From the NCBI GenBank assembly GCA_951406725.2, contig OX597814.1:132122001-132186000 (forward strand): a stretch of 64,000 bases of DNA. The letters run 5' to 3'. The notes under the pieces are model-generated. The model was not told the DNA's origin, searched no databases, and worked only from the letters and a program-made list of their open reading frames with translations. The stretch is from Octopus vulgaris. Lineage: Eukaryota. Shown piece by piece: positions 1 through 13,852 of the stretch. Position 1 is the first letter of the stretch; each line of letters starts with the position of its first letter. Position numbers and translations under genes: made by a program.

Positions 1-251
1 TTATATTCGCGTTGTACCAATTTCGGGCATTCGATAACGATGTGCCATACCGTTTCTTCCCTCTTACCACACATTCTCATTTTTCGCTATCGGTAGGGTT
101 GTTTATTCTACACTATATAGTTATTCATATAGTTATTCCTTAACGCTTGTTCCTGAACTGCGCTTATGAGTGCTTCTGTCTCTATCTTCAGGTCACTCCT
201 CCTCATCCATAGCCACCAGTCCTCTGTATCTGTCTTGGCGTTCTCCTCTCT

Positions 252-1040
<789 letters not shown>

Positions 1041-1344
1041 TCTCTTGCAGACTGACTGTACATTTTATTTTCTTTCGATGTTTTTTGTCTTTTTTGTGTT
1101 AATTTCTTATTTGAATTTGTCTTTAGTTACACAATTTTCAGTTTTGATGACCCCGGCTTTCTTCGTGTGTTTGAACAGTGGCTCCACGGCATTTTTATAT
1201 ACCACGCTAAGCTGTTTTCCTCTGCCTCGATACAGTCCTGGCAACTGGTTAAACCTCTCCCGGCCTTTCTTCTAGACAAGTACACCCTATGGGTGTCACT
1301 CTTAGAGTAAAAGGCTCCGTGTACAGTCAACATTTTTCTAGTCT

Positions 1345-1555
1345 TGTGGTTAGCACGCCGGGCAAAATGTTTAGCGGTGTTTCCTTTGTTTTTACGTCCT
1401 GAGTTCAAATTCCGCCGAGGTCGACTTTGCCTTTCATCCTTTCGGCGTCGATAAAGCAAGTACTAGTTGCGTACTGGGGTCGATCTAATCGGCTGCCCCC
1501 CCCCCCCCGAAAAAAAAACAATGTCAGGCCTTGTGCCTAGAGTAGAAAAGAACAT
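1345..1555 (+). mobile_element. SINE-like interspersed repeat family C
   Basis: GAGTTCAAATTCCGCCGAGGTCGACTTTGCCTTTCATCC recurs at about 17520-17760 (-), 21660-21800, 26110-26305 (-), 41875-42065 and 54640-55080. Confidence 0.7.
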
Positions 1556-1599
1556 TCTTCTAGTCTTGGTATCCATTTTCTTCATTTCTCTCTTTTCCC

Positions 1600-2272
1600 A
1601 TTTTATAATTCCCGATCCTTACCGAAGTAATGCTATCGCTCGCGTATTAACTGTAGATTTTATTCCATCCAGTCAGTTTTGAGCGCAGCACTAGCCTCAG
1701 TCTTCGGAAATACTCCATCCCCATTTTCTCTTTCATTTCCTTCTCCATTATCTCGCTGAACTCTAGTACGCCAAGGCATATGTAGCCTTCCGTTTCAGTT
1801 TGTTTAATCAAGTCCCTGTTCGGTAATTCTATGCCTACTAGGGACTGTAAATTGCCTCTTTTTAGATAGATTATTCCGCTCTTATTGAGTCCAAATTCCA
1901 TTCATATATCTGTACTAGAACAGTGAAGCGTGTTCACCAAGGAACTCACTTGTGTCTCATCCTTGCCATACAGTTTCAAATCATCCATGAAGAGGAGGCG
2001 TTTGATTGTTTGGAACTTTTTCTTTAGATGGTACCCCAGGTTCATTTTCCTAAGTACCAAGGTCAGGGGTATCACACAGAGAACAAAAAGCAACGGAGAT
2101 GGGCTATCACCCTGGAAAATTCCTCTTCTGATACCCAGGGCGCCTAAGCCTTTCCCGTTAGATGTCAGTTCAGTTTTCCATCCCACCATACTTCTCTTCA
2201 AGCAACATGTTACAATTCTCGCAATTTCAAACAGATCTAAACATTTGATAATCCACGAATGTGGAGCCATAT
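1600..2272 (-). mobile_element. Non-LTR retrotransposon RT fragment, R4/Dong-like
   Basis: ORFs 1902-2270 and 1647-1901 give GIFQGDSPSPLLFVLC and LFMDDLKLYGK, similar to the element at 62703-64000. Confidence 0.8.
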
Positions 2273-2278
2273 CATATG

Positions 2279-2373
<95 letters not shown>

Positions 2374-2379
2374 ATGTTT

Positions 2380-2585
2380 GTGTCCGTGTTTGACCCCCAA
2401 CATCGCTTGACAACCGATGCTGGTGTGTTTATGTCCCCGTAACTTAGCGGTTCGGCAAAAGAGACTGATAGAATAAATACTAGGTTTACAAAGAATAAGT
2501 CCTGGTGTCGATTTGCTCGAGTAAAGTCGGTTCTCCAGCATGGCCACAGTCAAATGACTGAAACATATAAAAGAATAAAAGAATC
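2380..2585 (+). mobile_element. SINE family A, 3' half
   Basis: CATCGCTTGACAACCGATGCTGG ... CAGCATGGCCACAGTCAAATGACTGAAAC. Confidence 0.75.
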
Positions 2586-2640
2586 ATTTTATTGGCTCTG
2601 ACAAGGCTTATAGCGTGTTGCACAAGTAATCACCTTTTAG

Positions 2641-2686
2641 TACACTACTCCAATGAATGTAATTACGTAACTCCTGTTTACCATTC

Positions 2687-2723
<37 letters not shown>

Positions 2724-3936
2724 TACTAAACTACAAAAGAAACGTCTCACTGTAAAAAATTATTTGTTTCACACACGATATTGGGATTATATGAATTTTA
2801 TCACGTTTCTCTCTAATTTGACACCAGGAAGATGTCACTGACCCTCAACACCACTCTCTTTTGAAAACGCAAGGATTACATGTAGGGTTCGAACTCGCTC
2901 ACTTTTCGTGAACATGGTAATGCTTGCAAATGCATCTTTATGAAAAGCATGATGCATGTACAAAACGTTGACTCAAAATGTATAAAAGGCATCTAAATTT
3001 ACCAACCTGTCATTCGTTCCCCCAAGGCTGACATGAAATCAGGGAGCAAGCCATCGGTCGTCTCTAGGCTGGGAAACTTCAATAGGTCGTTGCTAATGAC
3101 TTGAACTGCTCGGACAATTGAGCGGTTTAGGGAACGATGCAATGTCACAAACAGCACGGACGGTCATCCATGCAGTGGCCGACCAAGGATTACAACTGCA
3201 TATCAAGATCGCCCCTGCACCGACAGCACTTGCAGGACCAATTCCAGAGGGCAACGGAATCAATGAGGCAGACCATAGGGTCTCACCACAGGCCCATTTG
3301 GGCAGAGACAATTCGCCGCTGGCTGAGATCTTGCAATCTCTCGTGACGACGTCCAGTTAGATGCGCCATTATCACAGATCGTCATCGACGGGCAAATCTG
3401 CAGTGTGCTCAGAAACGTCAGAACTGGTGATATCAGCAGTGGAGGACTGTAGTCTTCTCTGCCGAAATTCGATATCGCATTTCTGTGGTAGATGGCAGAG
3501 TTAGGGTTTAGAGAAGAAGGGGTGAAAGTCATGCCGATGGCTCTGTGGTGGAAAGGGACTTAAGAGGAGGACAGAACATCATGGTATGGGCGGGATTGAA
3601 ACTTGGACCAGTGGTCTTCCAAAACATCGGCCAAGGTCGGAGTAATGGAGTAACTACTGCTCAATACATCGACCAGATGTTGAGGCTCCACCTTTGTTAT
3701 ACTTTGCTCGTCATCGGAATCCGTGCCAGAACAATTCGTTCTCGGTTATTTCGTCGTCGGTTAATTTGTCCCCGATCAACTTGTCGTTGATCAGTTCATC
3801 CCCGGTCAATTCGTCGCTAGCCAATTCATCCCCAAATACTCTTAAATGTGATTGTCGAGAATAAGTTTGGAACAATCAATTTAGAATTAAAATTGTCGTC
3901 GGACAGTTTTAGATATTTTTTCCTTTCTTTAACCCC

Positions 3937-3993
<57 letters not shown>

Positions 3994-6362
3994 CCTCTCT
4001 CTCACACTCCCCCTCTCCCCTCTCTCTCTCAAGCATCTGCGCTGAACATTTTACGAACAAAGATTTTCAAGCAAATCGAATTAAAGTTGTTCAATACGCC
4101 TACCCATCAACATGACTACCTGCAAGATCATAACTTCAGAGAAAGGAAAAATCAAAGGGGTCGATCAAGAAAATTTTATATGCACAAAAAATAACCAGAA
4201 TGCAGATGAATTGAAGAGATTCTGGAGCTGCGAAAATCATGTGTGCAAGGCGAGACTGCAAACAGATGAAAATCATAAAGAGCTTAAGAAGATTGGGGTC
4301 CATAATCACGCTTTATCTGCTGCAGAGCTAAATGCAAAGACTATTAAACTATTAAGTTTCAAATGTTAAAGTAAAGTCTGTTTCATTTCGTGATGCCCCT
4401 CGCTCTTAATTACCGCGAGCAAAGTTCAGATTTTAAACGACTGTACATTGTCACAAATACCTCTGTTTGCACAGCTTAATAGGAATATTAGACGTTGGAG
4501 GTAAGCTGATTCCAACTCTCCTGCCACCCCACTTACAATTGTTGGGTTTTCCATTCCAAGTGAATATTCTTACCTTGACAATGATGACACGTTTTTACTG
4601 TATGATAGCAACATAAAAGATTTAAAACGAATACTTATAATGGCAAGTGACGAAACACTTTGACAGTTAAAACAGTACAAGAACTGGGCAGCAGATGAAA
4701 CATTTAAGTGCTGCTCTATTATATTTTTTCAGTTATATATACTTCACATTGATAATTTTAATCCTCCACCATTGTTCGCATTGCTCTCTGACGAAAGTCA
4801 AGACCCATATAGTAGTCTTTTTGCCAAAATAAATGAATTACTGCAGAATGAAGGACTTGATAATATAATTATGGATTTCAAAAGAGCAGCCTTTAACAGA
4901 TTTCAGTAATCGTTTCCTGGGTCAAATTTGTCATGATGCTTGTTTCATTTAGGACAAAATGTGTACAAGCCTGTTGTGCAAGGACTAAAATGCAGATGTC
5001 ACGAAAGATGACAGTTTTAGTCTAAAAATGCGGTTTTTTCGTTGCCCTTGCCTTCCTGCCAGTTGATGATGTAGATGGATATGAACAACTTGCAGATGAC
5101 GATATTCCTCACTCAGTTGTTTCCTATTTTGAAACTAATTATATAGGACCACTTAGAGAAAGAGGACAGAGGAGGCGACGCCTTGAACCTCCATTTCCAA
5201 TAACTATATGGAATGTTTGGGATCGATGTATGACGAGGATTGCTCGTACTATAAATAGTTTAGAAGCCTACCACAGCGCGCAGAAAAACAGTGAATATTA
5301 GTCATCCAAATATTGTGAAACTTACTGATGTGATTAAATGTGAGGAAAGGTGTGCTAGTACCAAACTGCAGGAATTTATGCAAGGAGAACCAAGCCAAAA
5401 GAAAAAAATACAAAGATAGAAACCTGCGTATAAAAAATGTTATGGAAAAATATGATCCAAATCAAAAACTTATTTTTCTAAAAACAATTGCACACAATCT
5501 ACAATGGCAAGAAAAAATAAATTTGTAAGACAGCAAACCTTAGAATAAAGGTTTTTTACAAAAAAAATTTTAGACATTTGTTTTCCATTGTTCCTAGGAT
5601 CTCGATGAATTGACTGACGATGAATTCACCTGGGGACGAATTGACCACCTACGAATTAACTGGAGACAAATTAAACGACGACAAATTACTGTCGACGAGT
5701 TGACCGGACATCATGTCAATACTGCTAGGTTGACAAAAGACTTCCTCCAACAGCACATCATCCAGACACTGCCATGGCCCGCCCTAAGTCTGGACTTGAA
5801 TCCCATAGAACATTTGTGGAACGAAATTCAAAGAAGGCTAAATGATATCCGTCCAAGGTCGATAACTGCGGTACAACTCCCTGCAAGTTTTAACAGTGTG
5901 TGGACTGCTATCCCCATGGTCTTCATCAGTCGTTTGGTTTATTCAGTGCACAGAAGATACCTGGCAGTAATCTAGGCTAACGGTGGTCACACGAGATATT
6001 GAGTTCATCTCTTCGGATCCATGACACTCTGTCATCACGTGACACCATGATACCATATGACGTCAAACCTGTTTCAGGAAATGACGTTTTATCATTAGGA
6101 AAGAACGGTTTCCTAGGGGATTTAGACCCGTAAGGTTCATTTTTATCTGCTAAATTATATATATTTGATAATTCCTCTAGCTTGCAGGTTAAGTTGTGTA
6201 AGGTTGTTAGGATTCGAGACCTTATAACTTTTAGTTATTTTTTTTGTTATTTTCCTTTTGGTAGTGCACAGTAATGGCATTGGATTAAACGGTACAAGTT
6301 ACCCGTTTTATCCGCGTGCACTGAAAGTCCTTTTTTCTTAAGCCCCTTAGTATTGGAGTGTA
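2641..6362 (+). mobile_element. Decayed Tc1-like DNA transposon split by a MULE insertion
   Basis: Transposase remnants IMVWAG (~3580) and TLPWPALSLDLNPIEHLWNEIQRRL (~5770-5840); imperfect termini TACACTACTCCAAT and ATTGGAGTGTA. Confidence 0.65.
3724..5710 (+). mobile_element. Mutator-like (MULE, FLYWCH) transposon pseudogene with repetitive TIRs
   Basis: FLYWCH-like FWSCENHVCKARL...HNH (4112-4369); MULE motifs WAADETFK and CLFHLGQ; ~105 bp imperfect TIRs built of ~15 bp subrepeats at 3724-3830 and 5604-5710. Confidence 0.8.
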
Positions 6363-6728
6363 GTTTCTGGAGGCGTTTATTTCTTCTTAGTGAGAATTTA
6401 CGGAATTTAAAATTACTAACAATATTCCATAGCTCATCTTCGGAGGCGGCTAGGTATAGTTTTGGGGATGGACATTTCCTGGTTTTAAAAATATGAGTTA
6501 TACTCTGACGTGACTGTGTATCAATAGCAGCGATTAGTATTTAACTGTACTATCGTTTGTGGATGTAAGCAAATAAACAATAATCTAAAAAGGTTTCTTA
6601 GTTACATATATGAAAACAATCATCCTTGTTGCTAGCTCCATCTGTTACCAAATTCACATAATTGATTTACTTTACTTTCTGTTTAATATCACCCTGGGGT
6701 TTCTTTGCATGTACTGATCTTCAGTATT

Positions 6729-6736
6729 TATATAAG
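6729..6736 (+). promoter_or_regulatory. TATA box (TATATAAG) of IL-17-like gene 1
   Basis: The same octamer lies 131, 121 and 132 nt upstream of the inferred ATG of genes 1, 3 and 4. Confidence 0.6.
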
Positions 6737-6859
6737 AAAATCTAAAGCATTAAGATTACAAAGGATATAGCATTAAGACACGAACATAGCCAAGCAGAAA
6801 TGTAAAATATTTTACTGTTTTCCCTCTTCTTTTCCAATTCAAAGTGAACAAGCGTTATA

Positions 6860-6874
6860 ATGAAGATAACTACA
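6860..6874 (+). CDS. IL17: IL-17-like gene 1, coding part of exon 1 (MKITT)
   Basis: ATG AAG ATA ACT ACA followed by donor GTAAGT in phase 0; near-identical module at 17217. Confidence 0.75.
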
Positions 6875-6904
6875 GTAAGTAAATGTATATTCTTTTGTTT
6901 TTTT

Positions 6905-7135
6905 ACTCTCTTTTTTACTTGTTTCAGTCATTTGACTGTGGCCATGCTGGAGCACCACCTTTTGTCGAGCAAATCGACCCCAGGATTTATTCTTTGTAAG
7001 GCTGGTACTTATTCTATTTGTCCCTTTTGCCGAACCGCTAAGTTACGGGGACGTAAACACACCAGCATCGGTTGTCAAGCGATGTTGGGGGACAAACACA
7101 GGCACACAAACACACACATTCACACACAGACACAA

Positions 7136-7193
<58 letters not shown>

Positions 7194-7303
7194 GACGGGC
7201 TTCTTTCAGTTTCCGTCTACCAAATCCACTCACAAGGCTTTGGTCGGCCCGAGGCTATAGTATAAGACACTTGCCCAAGGTGTCACGCAGTGGGACTGAA
7301 ACC
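6905..7303 (-). mobile_element. SINE family A, 5' end truncated at the Gypsy junction
   Basis: Reverse complement of family A with an internal (CA)n(TA)n tract. Confidence 0.8.
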
Positions 7304-9815
7304 AGGGTTGAGTTTGAAGACGAGGTGGAGAGGTGGATCGAGGAAGGGGTCCTTGTCCCTTGGAAGGAGGAGGTAACGGGCGGAGTGTTACCCCTGATGG
7401 CGGCGGTGCAGCCTACGAAGGGAAAAATCAGACCGGTGTTGGACTTCAGGGAGCTAAACCAGCATATATCGTATCACACGGGAGGTGAGGCGACAGACGT
7501 CTGTGGCGAGACGTAACGTGGCAGCGACGATTGTCGACTTGAAATCGGCATAGTTGCAGCTCCATGTGAGCGACAAACTGTGGCGATATCAGCTGGTGCG
7601 GTACAAAAGCCGGACGTACTGTTTAACCAGGCTGGGTTTCGGGCTGAATTCCACTCCGAATATCATGGCGGCAGTGCTTAAGTCCGTCCTAGGGAAAGAC
7701 GGCAAGATTAGAAAGGCCACCAGCTCCTACATTGACGACATTTTGGTGGACGAAACTGTAGTGCCAGCCAACGAGGTAGTTAGACATCTGGAGAAGTTCG
7801 GACTGATTGCGAAGCCACCGGAATCGATGGAAGGGGGAGCCGCGCTGGGGCTGAAGCTGCGAAGAAATAGATCGGGTGAATTGGTGTTCCGCAGAGGGAA
7901 TGAAATCCCAGAGCTGAGTTCCAGCGTCAGCAGGAGAGCTGCTCTCGGTGTGTGGGAAGTTGGTCAGTCACTACCCGATCGCCGGATGGCTGCGCACGGC
8001 GTGTAGTTACACCAAGAGACGAGCAGAGGGGGAGAGTTGGGGCGACAAGGTGGGAGAAGGGACGGTGGCGATGATGCAAGAAATCCTAGAGAGGACGAGA
8101 GCGGAAGACCCGGTCAGGAGGAACTGGTACGTGCCCAAGACGAAATGCGGGACCGTCTGGTGTGATGCTAGCAGTATAGCGATAGGGGTTGTGTTGGCAA
8201 TCGAAGGTGCTGCGGTGGAGGACGCGGCCTGGCTTCGGAAAGCAGATGATTTCAACCACATCAATGTCGCCGAATTAGACGCGGTGCTGAAAGGGGTGAA
8301 CTTGGCCCTGAAATGGGGGCTGCGCACAATTGAAATCCGGACGGATTCGGCCACTGTGCTTGGCTGGGTAGGATCGGTGATCCACCGGTGAAAGGAGAGT
8401 GCGGACGAAAGGTGCCGCGGAGATGTTAGTGAAGTGCCGTCTAGGAGTTCTAGGTGAATTGATCACCGAGTTCGGACTGAAGCTGAATGTGGTTTTCGTG
8501 CCTTCGGAGAAAAACAGGGCGGACGCACTGACCAGGGTGAAAAGAGCGTGGCTGGAAGAACCGAAGGAGGCCCGGAAAGGGATAGCTGCGGCGTGTCGGT
8601 TGGATGACTCCAAACTGAAGAGACTGCACGCTATGCATCACCTGGGTGTGGACAGGACCCTGTATCTGGCGAAGAAAATTGATGCTGATGGAGAAGCATC
8701 CGGAAGGTGGTCGGGAGCTGCGACAGGTGTCAGTCCATCGACCCTGCTCCGTGTGGGCATGAACAGGGAAGCCTTTCGGTGGAGCAGAACTGGAAAAGGC
8801 TAGCTGTGGATGTGACACACTACCGTCATGAAATGTACCTCTCCATGGTCGACTGCGGGCCAGGCCGGCTGGCCATTTGGAGGGAGTTAAGAACGGGCAT
8901 TGCTGACGAGATCGCGTAAATCCTGAACGGAATATTTTTAGAGAGAGGTCCCGTGGAAGAACTACTGATGGACAACGGGGCGGCGTTTCGTTCGGAAGCA
9001 TTGAGGGTTATGCTTGATCGGTGGAATGTGCGTCGCTTGTTCAGAGCAGCGTATAGGCCGAGCGGTAACGGGATCGTGGAGAGGCACCATCGGACAGTCA
9101 AGGTCATAGCGGAAAGAGGGCACATTTCGCCGCTTGAAGCAGTTTTTTGGTACAACTTGTCTCCCCGATCCGGACAAGCTGAGGAATCTGTGCCGCAGAG
9201 AGCTGTGTTCAAATATGAATGGAGGCACCCGAGCAAAGTGCCGGAGGGTCACGAGGAAGAGAAGGGAGGAAGTCTGGGTTAAGCCACCAAAGGCGCGCTG
9301 TACGTCTCAATGGAGCAGAGGAACGGTGACGGCGGTCAATTCCAGAAACAACGTATCCGTAGATGGAATGCCGCGACACGTCTTGGACCATCGCAGGATT
9401 GTCGCTTCGACGGACGACGATTCTGGAGAGGGGGAGAACGAGGTGCCCAGCTTGAGATCTCGACGCGCAAGGCGCCCTCCCGGTTGCATGGTGAACTACG
9501 ACATGGAGCGGAGAGATTGTGATCTTTAAGATCAGGGTGGCGTGTGGGATGACGTCAACAGCTGGGTGCGTTGACCGGAAGATGGGGCAACCGGAAGGGG
9601 CAGCCGTGAGGCGTGCGCAGGGAGCGGGGATTTCGGCCTTTCCAACGAGGGTCGTCGAGGTGTTAAGACGTGTGAAGACGTTGCTAAGGTTGGATGAAGC
9701 AGCTGCTATCTTTAGCGTTCGGGTCGGGGCTGTGACGAAGGATCCGTTACCCCTGAAGGGTCTCTATCAGAGCGAAGAGAAGGTAGGTGCCTTTATATAT
9801 CGACTATCTCGCACA
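7304..9815 (+). mobile_element. 5'-truncated Ty3/Gypsy-type LTR retrotransposon (RT, RNase H, integrase; probable 3' LTR from ~9543) in the intron of gene 1
   Basis: RPVLDFRELN, LGFGLNSTP, YIDD; WCDASSIAIG, HINVAELDAV; LLMDNGAAFRS, YRPSGNGIVERHHRTVK; order RT-RH-IN; several stops and frameshifts; GC-rich against the flanks. Confidence 0.85.
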
Positions 9816-9912
9816 CACCACAGTGTTAACAATAAACAAGATGAGGACAAATAACCGTCAAATGTAAATAATGTAAATAATGTACATAATTCCTCATATC
9901 TTAAATATAGAA

Positions 9913-10001
<89 letters not shown>

Positions 10002-10825
10002 CATTAATGCACACACACACATATTATTAAAGAAGATATATACGCTATATCTTCATATCTTCGACATTATGAATTCGCTCACATATATATGCATCGCACC
10101 TTTAACTATAAGACTAAGTGCTTCCCAATTGGGGGTGCCCGCAAAATTAAAAAAAAGGTTTTCTTGCTGAAAATTAGGGACTAGAGCAAACAAAAGAAAC
10201 AAAACGACACAGAGGACGAACAGTCAAGCAAAATACGCCCTTGGGGCCACGGAGACGAGAATAGTGGGTAACGCTTAGAAAATGTCTTGAAGGATAAAGA
10301 ACGGAGTGACAGAGAATGTGCAACTGGTCAGCTAGGGGACTAATGTAAGAAAGGAAGGAAAAGGGAATAATTTTCTTCATTTATCAAATAATGGAACGCA
10401 ACACACGCCGAATTTTTATTAACAAGTAAGTTCTTTTTTTATATACCCGTGTGACTCTCTCTTGCCTTCATTCTTTCCCCTTTTCTTTCTCTCGCCCTCT
10501 GACTTCTATTCTAGTCTTTCTACTTACCCCCTTTTCTCTCCCTGCCTCTTGTATTTGTAGCCTTTATCCTTCCTCCTCATTCCCATTCCCGTTTGTTTTC
10601 TGTTACTCTGTCTTCTTGCTACTTTTCTCCTCTGCCTGCTGCTGTCGCGTGACCAGCGGCCAATTCCCATTTTTCTTCCTTTCTTACACTGGTCCCCTAG
10701 TTGACCAGTCGCAAATTCTCTGTCATTCAAGCACATCCACATAAACATAAACACCCCATTCCTCGCTTTCATTAACACACGAAGTATCTAAAAACTATTG
10801 TAATGTTAGTATAGTTATCTGCATG

Positions 10826-11120
10826 TGGAGGCGCAATGGCCCGGTGGTTAGAGCAGCGGACTCGCGGTCGGAGGATCGTCGTTTCGATTCCCAGACCGGG
10901 CGTTGTGTGTGTTTATTGAGCGAAAACACCTAAAAGCTCCACGAGGCTCCGGCAGGGGATGATGGCGACCCCTGTTGTACTCTTTCGCCACAACTTTCTC
11001 TCACTCTTTCTTCCTGTTTCTTGAGTAACGCTGCGATGGACTGGCGTCCCGTCCAGCTGGGGGGAGCACATACGCCACAGAAACCAGGACACCGGGCCCA
11101 TGAGCTTGGCTAAGCTTGAA
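10826..11120 (+). mobile_element. tRNA-derived SINE family B
   Basis: A-box/B-box-like head GGCCCGGTGGTTAG ... GTTTCGATTCCC; related copies at 32218-32515 (+), 37610-37745 (-) and 41200-41505 (-). Confidence 0.8.
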
Positions 11121-11523
11121 ATGGTCGACAAGAAAGTTATCTGCATATCTTGCCTTTCGTTCAAAACCAAGTCGTCTTCATGCTACTAAAAATCATTTAG
11201 ACGATTGTTTACCTATGAATTCAAACATTTTACCTCTTACTTTCTGCTTCGTTTTCTGTTTCTTTGCCTAGCCCTAGAGCATATTTTGACTGCCTTATCA
11301 ATGAACTCAATAACAAATGTATTTTCAATATATATTTGCGTCTTATTTTGTTTCTACAACATCTGGTTTAGCTCTTTGTCATACAGTGAATTCTCTATTG
11401 TGAGACTCTGTGGTATAGATTCTGATAAATTGCCTTATATTTTTGAATGATTAATTATTGTTGAGTTTTTTATCTGGATGTAATATGATATAATTTGTTA
11501 CTTAAATACTCTCTTTCTTACAG

Positions 11524-12045
11524 ATCGTTGCTCAGATTGTAGCCCTCCTCTTCAACTACAACTTTGAAATATCTTCGCCGTCAACCTGGGATGGTTGCGA
11601 AAGACGTGCTGACGGGAAAGTGAGGTACCTCGACATGGTTAGGAAATCCGTTGGTCATAATTTCTTTATACCACCAGAAATGGTTCCACCACCAGAATGT
11701 GACCCACCCAAGAATGTTGGTATAATACATTGCTCGAAATTTAATTCCTCTGCCAGAAAACTTCAAGAGGTTGCAAACTGTCCTTGGTACACCAGAATTA
11801 CCCATGATCCAACAATTTTCCCTCCTTATCGTCGTGAAGCCGTGTGTAGCTGTAAAAAATGTCGGAACTCTTCGTCAAATTTCCAATGTGTGGAAGTATT
11901 CTCTAACATCACTGTTCTCTCTCGTACAAATGTATGTATCGATGGACTATATATGTACAGCCCGAGTGTGGTTCGTGTACCAACAGCCTGTACGTGTGTA
12001 TTAGCAACGAACGCGATCGCTCCACGTAAAGGTTATGCGACCTGA
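11524..12045 (+). CDS. IL17: IL-17-like gene 1, exon 2 (spliced protein ~178 aa)
   Basis: Acceptor CTCTTTCTTACAG at 11523; open in phase 0 from IVAQIVALLF; IL-17 cystine-knot pattern NCPWY...DPTIFP..RREAVCSCKKC...QCVEV...VL.R..C...Y......VPTACTCV. Confidence 0.9.
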   Translation: MVAQIVALLFNYNFEISSPSTWDGCERRADGKVRYLDMVRKSVGHNFFIPPEMVPPPECDPPKNVGIIHCSKFNSSARKLQEVANCPWYTRITHDPTIFPPYRREAVCSCKKCRNSSSNFQCVEVFSNITVLSRTNVCIDGLYMYSPSVVRVPTACTCVLATNAIAPRKGYAT

Positions 12046-12209
12046 TCGATCCACATGACGGTTATGAGTCAACAAATGACGAAGTAATAAACTGCCCATA
12101 ATGCAAATATTTTTATGTTTGTGTGTGTATGTGCGTACGTGTATATGTATGTACGCGTGTGTGAGTGTGTGCGTGTGTCTGAGTGTGTACTTTGTACTAT
12201 TATTTAAAC

Positions 12210-13852
12210 CAGTGATTCCCAAAGTGGTCCCTGGGGCCCACTGGTGGTCCCCAGAGAATTTCTAGTGGTGCCCAGAGAATTCGTAGCCATAAAAAAAATT
12301 CAAGCCATTTCAGATCTACACAGTATTTTTCGATAATAAAGATACTGTTAGTTAATGATAATTCATATGAAGACAGAATAATAAGAAAACAAAATTCAAT
12401 GATTATTCCATGAGAATCAATAATGTATAATATATAATCAATATTATATTACAAGCAAGAATTACATACTTTAAATTTTACAATCACCACCGTTTCATAA
12501 TAAATTTGATATTTTTAATAGATCACTACACAATATTGTTTAATAATAAATTTGATACTTTTAATTTATAGAAATAAAGTATTTATTATTTTATCGAAAT
12601 AAAGTATTTATTATTATCATTATTGTTTTAAAGATCAGTTGTAATAATGTCGGAATCATCTGCTAAAAAGGCAAAACTGAGGAACTTCAAAGATTTAATC
12701 GTTTGGTTTTTGTATCTGTAAACTCAAAACCTATGTATCTTGAATGTGATGCCATCATGACAAATCATTCCACGAAGAAAGTTAAGCTGGAACAGCACTC
12801 ACACAGAAGTAATATGGTTGCCAAAAGGCGTGGGCCTTGAAAGACTAGTGAATTTGTGGGAACCATTAATTAACTTCCTCATGTTCAAGAGTCAGATGAC
12901 TCAATACAACTCCAAGAAGCAAGCTGATACAGCTAAGAAAATTTTGGAAAGACTTTCTGAGTTTAAATCAAAAATATTCTTGAGTGATATTTTTAAAACA
13001 GTGAATCTACTTAACTTAGAGCCGCAAGGTGGGAAATCAGATTTGGTCACCTGTTCTCAGAAGATAAAAGGGTATATGGGGAAATTAAAATTTTGGAAAA
13101 AACAGTTTGAAAAAGAAAATTTGTTATCATCTCAAAATTTTAACACCACTGTTCCTACATTAGAATGCATTGCCCATCTTGGAGGATTTCATGTAGACTT
13201 TGAGAAAAGATACAATGATTTATTAAAGATGGATTATCCACTAGTTTGTAGACCTAGAAAATTATGAGCCAGGAGATGAAAATGTTGAGTTAGCTGAAAT
13301 GCTGGATTTGAAAGAAAATATGAAACTGAGAAGAAGTGCTGAAAAAGAAGGTGTCTTTGCCTACATATCGATAAAGGAATCACATCCAAATATTTTTCGA
13401 CATGTAGAAGCAAGCATCATTTCTTTCCCTACCACATGGATGGTGGAATCTACATTTTCATCTGTTGTAGATATTTTAAGTATATCAAAATAAATTAGAT
13501 GTCAACAGCAGAGGAACTACCAGACTAAAACTAAATGAGTTCATTAAAATTGATTATATTTTGTGTCAGAAACACCAATATCAAACCAGTCACTAGCTGA
13601 GTGGACTAAAAATGAACGACTTTATGAAAAATGATTTTGATACCTTGTGTTTATCTTTGTTTACTAAACTAAATTTAAAATTTTATTTTTTGTTTGCTAA
13701 AATAAATTTTAAAGTGTAAATAGTCTATTTTGTCTTTTCATTAATTATTTTAGTGTAAAAATAGAACAGCATAAACTAAAAGTAAAAGTGGTCCCTAGAA
13801 TTTTTTTCAAGTAAAAAATGCTCCCTGGGCTGAAAAAGGTTAGGAACCACTG
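12210..13852 (+). mobile_element. Internally deleted hAT (Charlie/Buster-like) DNA transposon
   Basis: TIRs CAGTGATTCCCAAA and GTTAGGAACCACTG; 8-bp TSD ATTTAAAC / ATCTAAAC; hAT C-terminal motif FPTTWMVESTFS. Confidence 0.85.

Noticed and set aside
3730-3830. Periodic short repeats resembling a CRISPR or iteron array
   Set aside because: Eukaryotic context, no unique spacers, and mirrored at 5604-5710 as transposon TIRs.
6810-6844. Polypyrimidine plus AAG before the ATG of genes 1 and 2, suggesting a 30-nt internal micro-exon
   Set aside because: TATA spacing in gene 1 matches genes 3 and 4 and leaves no room for another intron; unresolved for gene 2.
6860-7516. 218 aa ORF
   Set aside because: Chance read-through from the real ATG through the donor, a SINE and into Gypsy RT.
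10826-10900. tRNA genes at the SINE heads (also 21337, 32218, 61822)
   Set aside because: They continue into SINE bodies and lack a complete cloverleaf.
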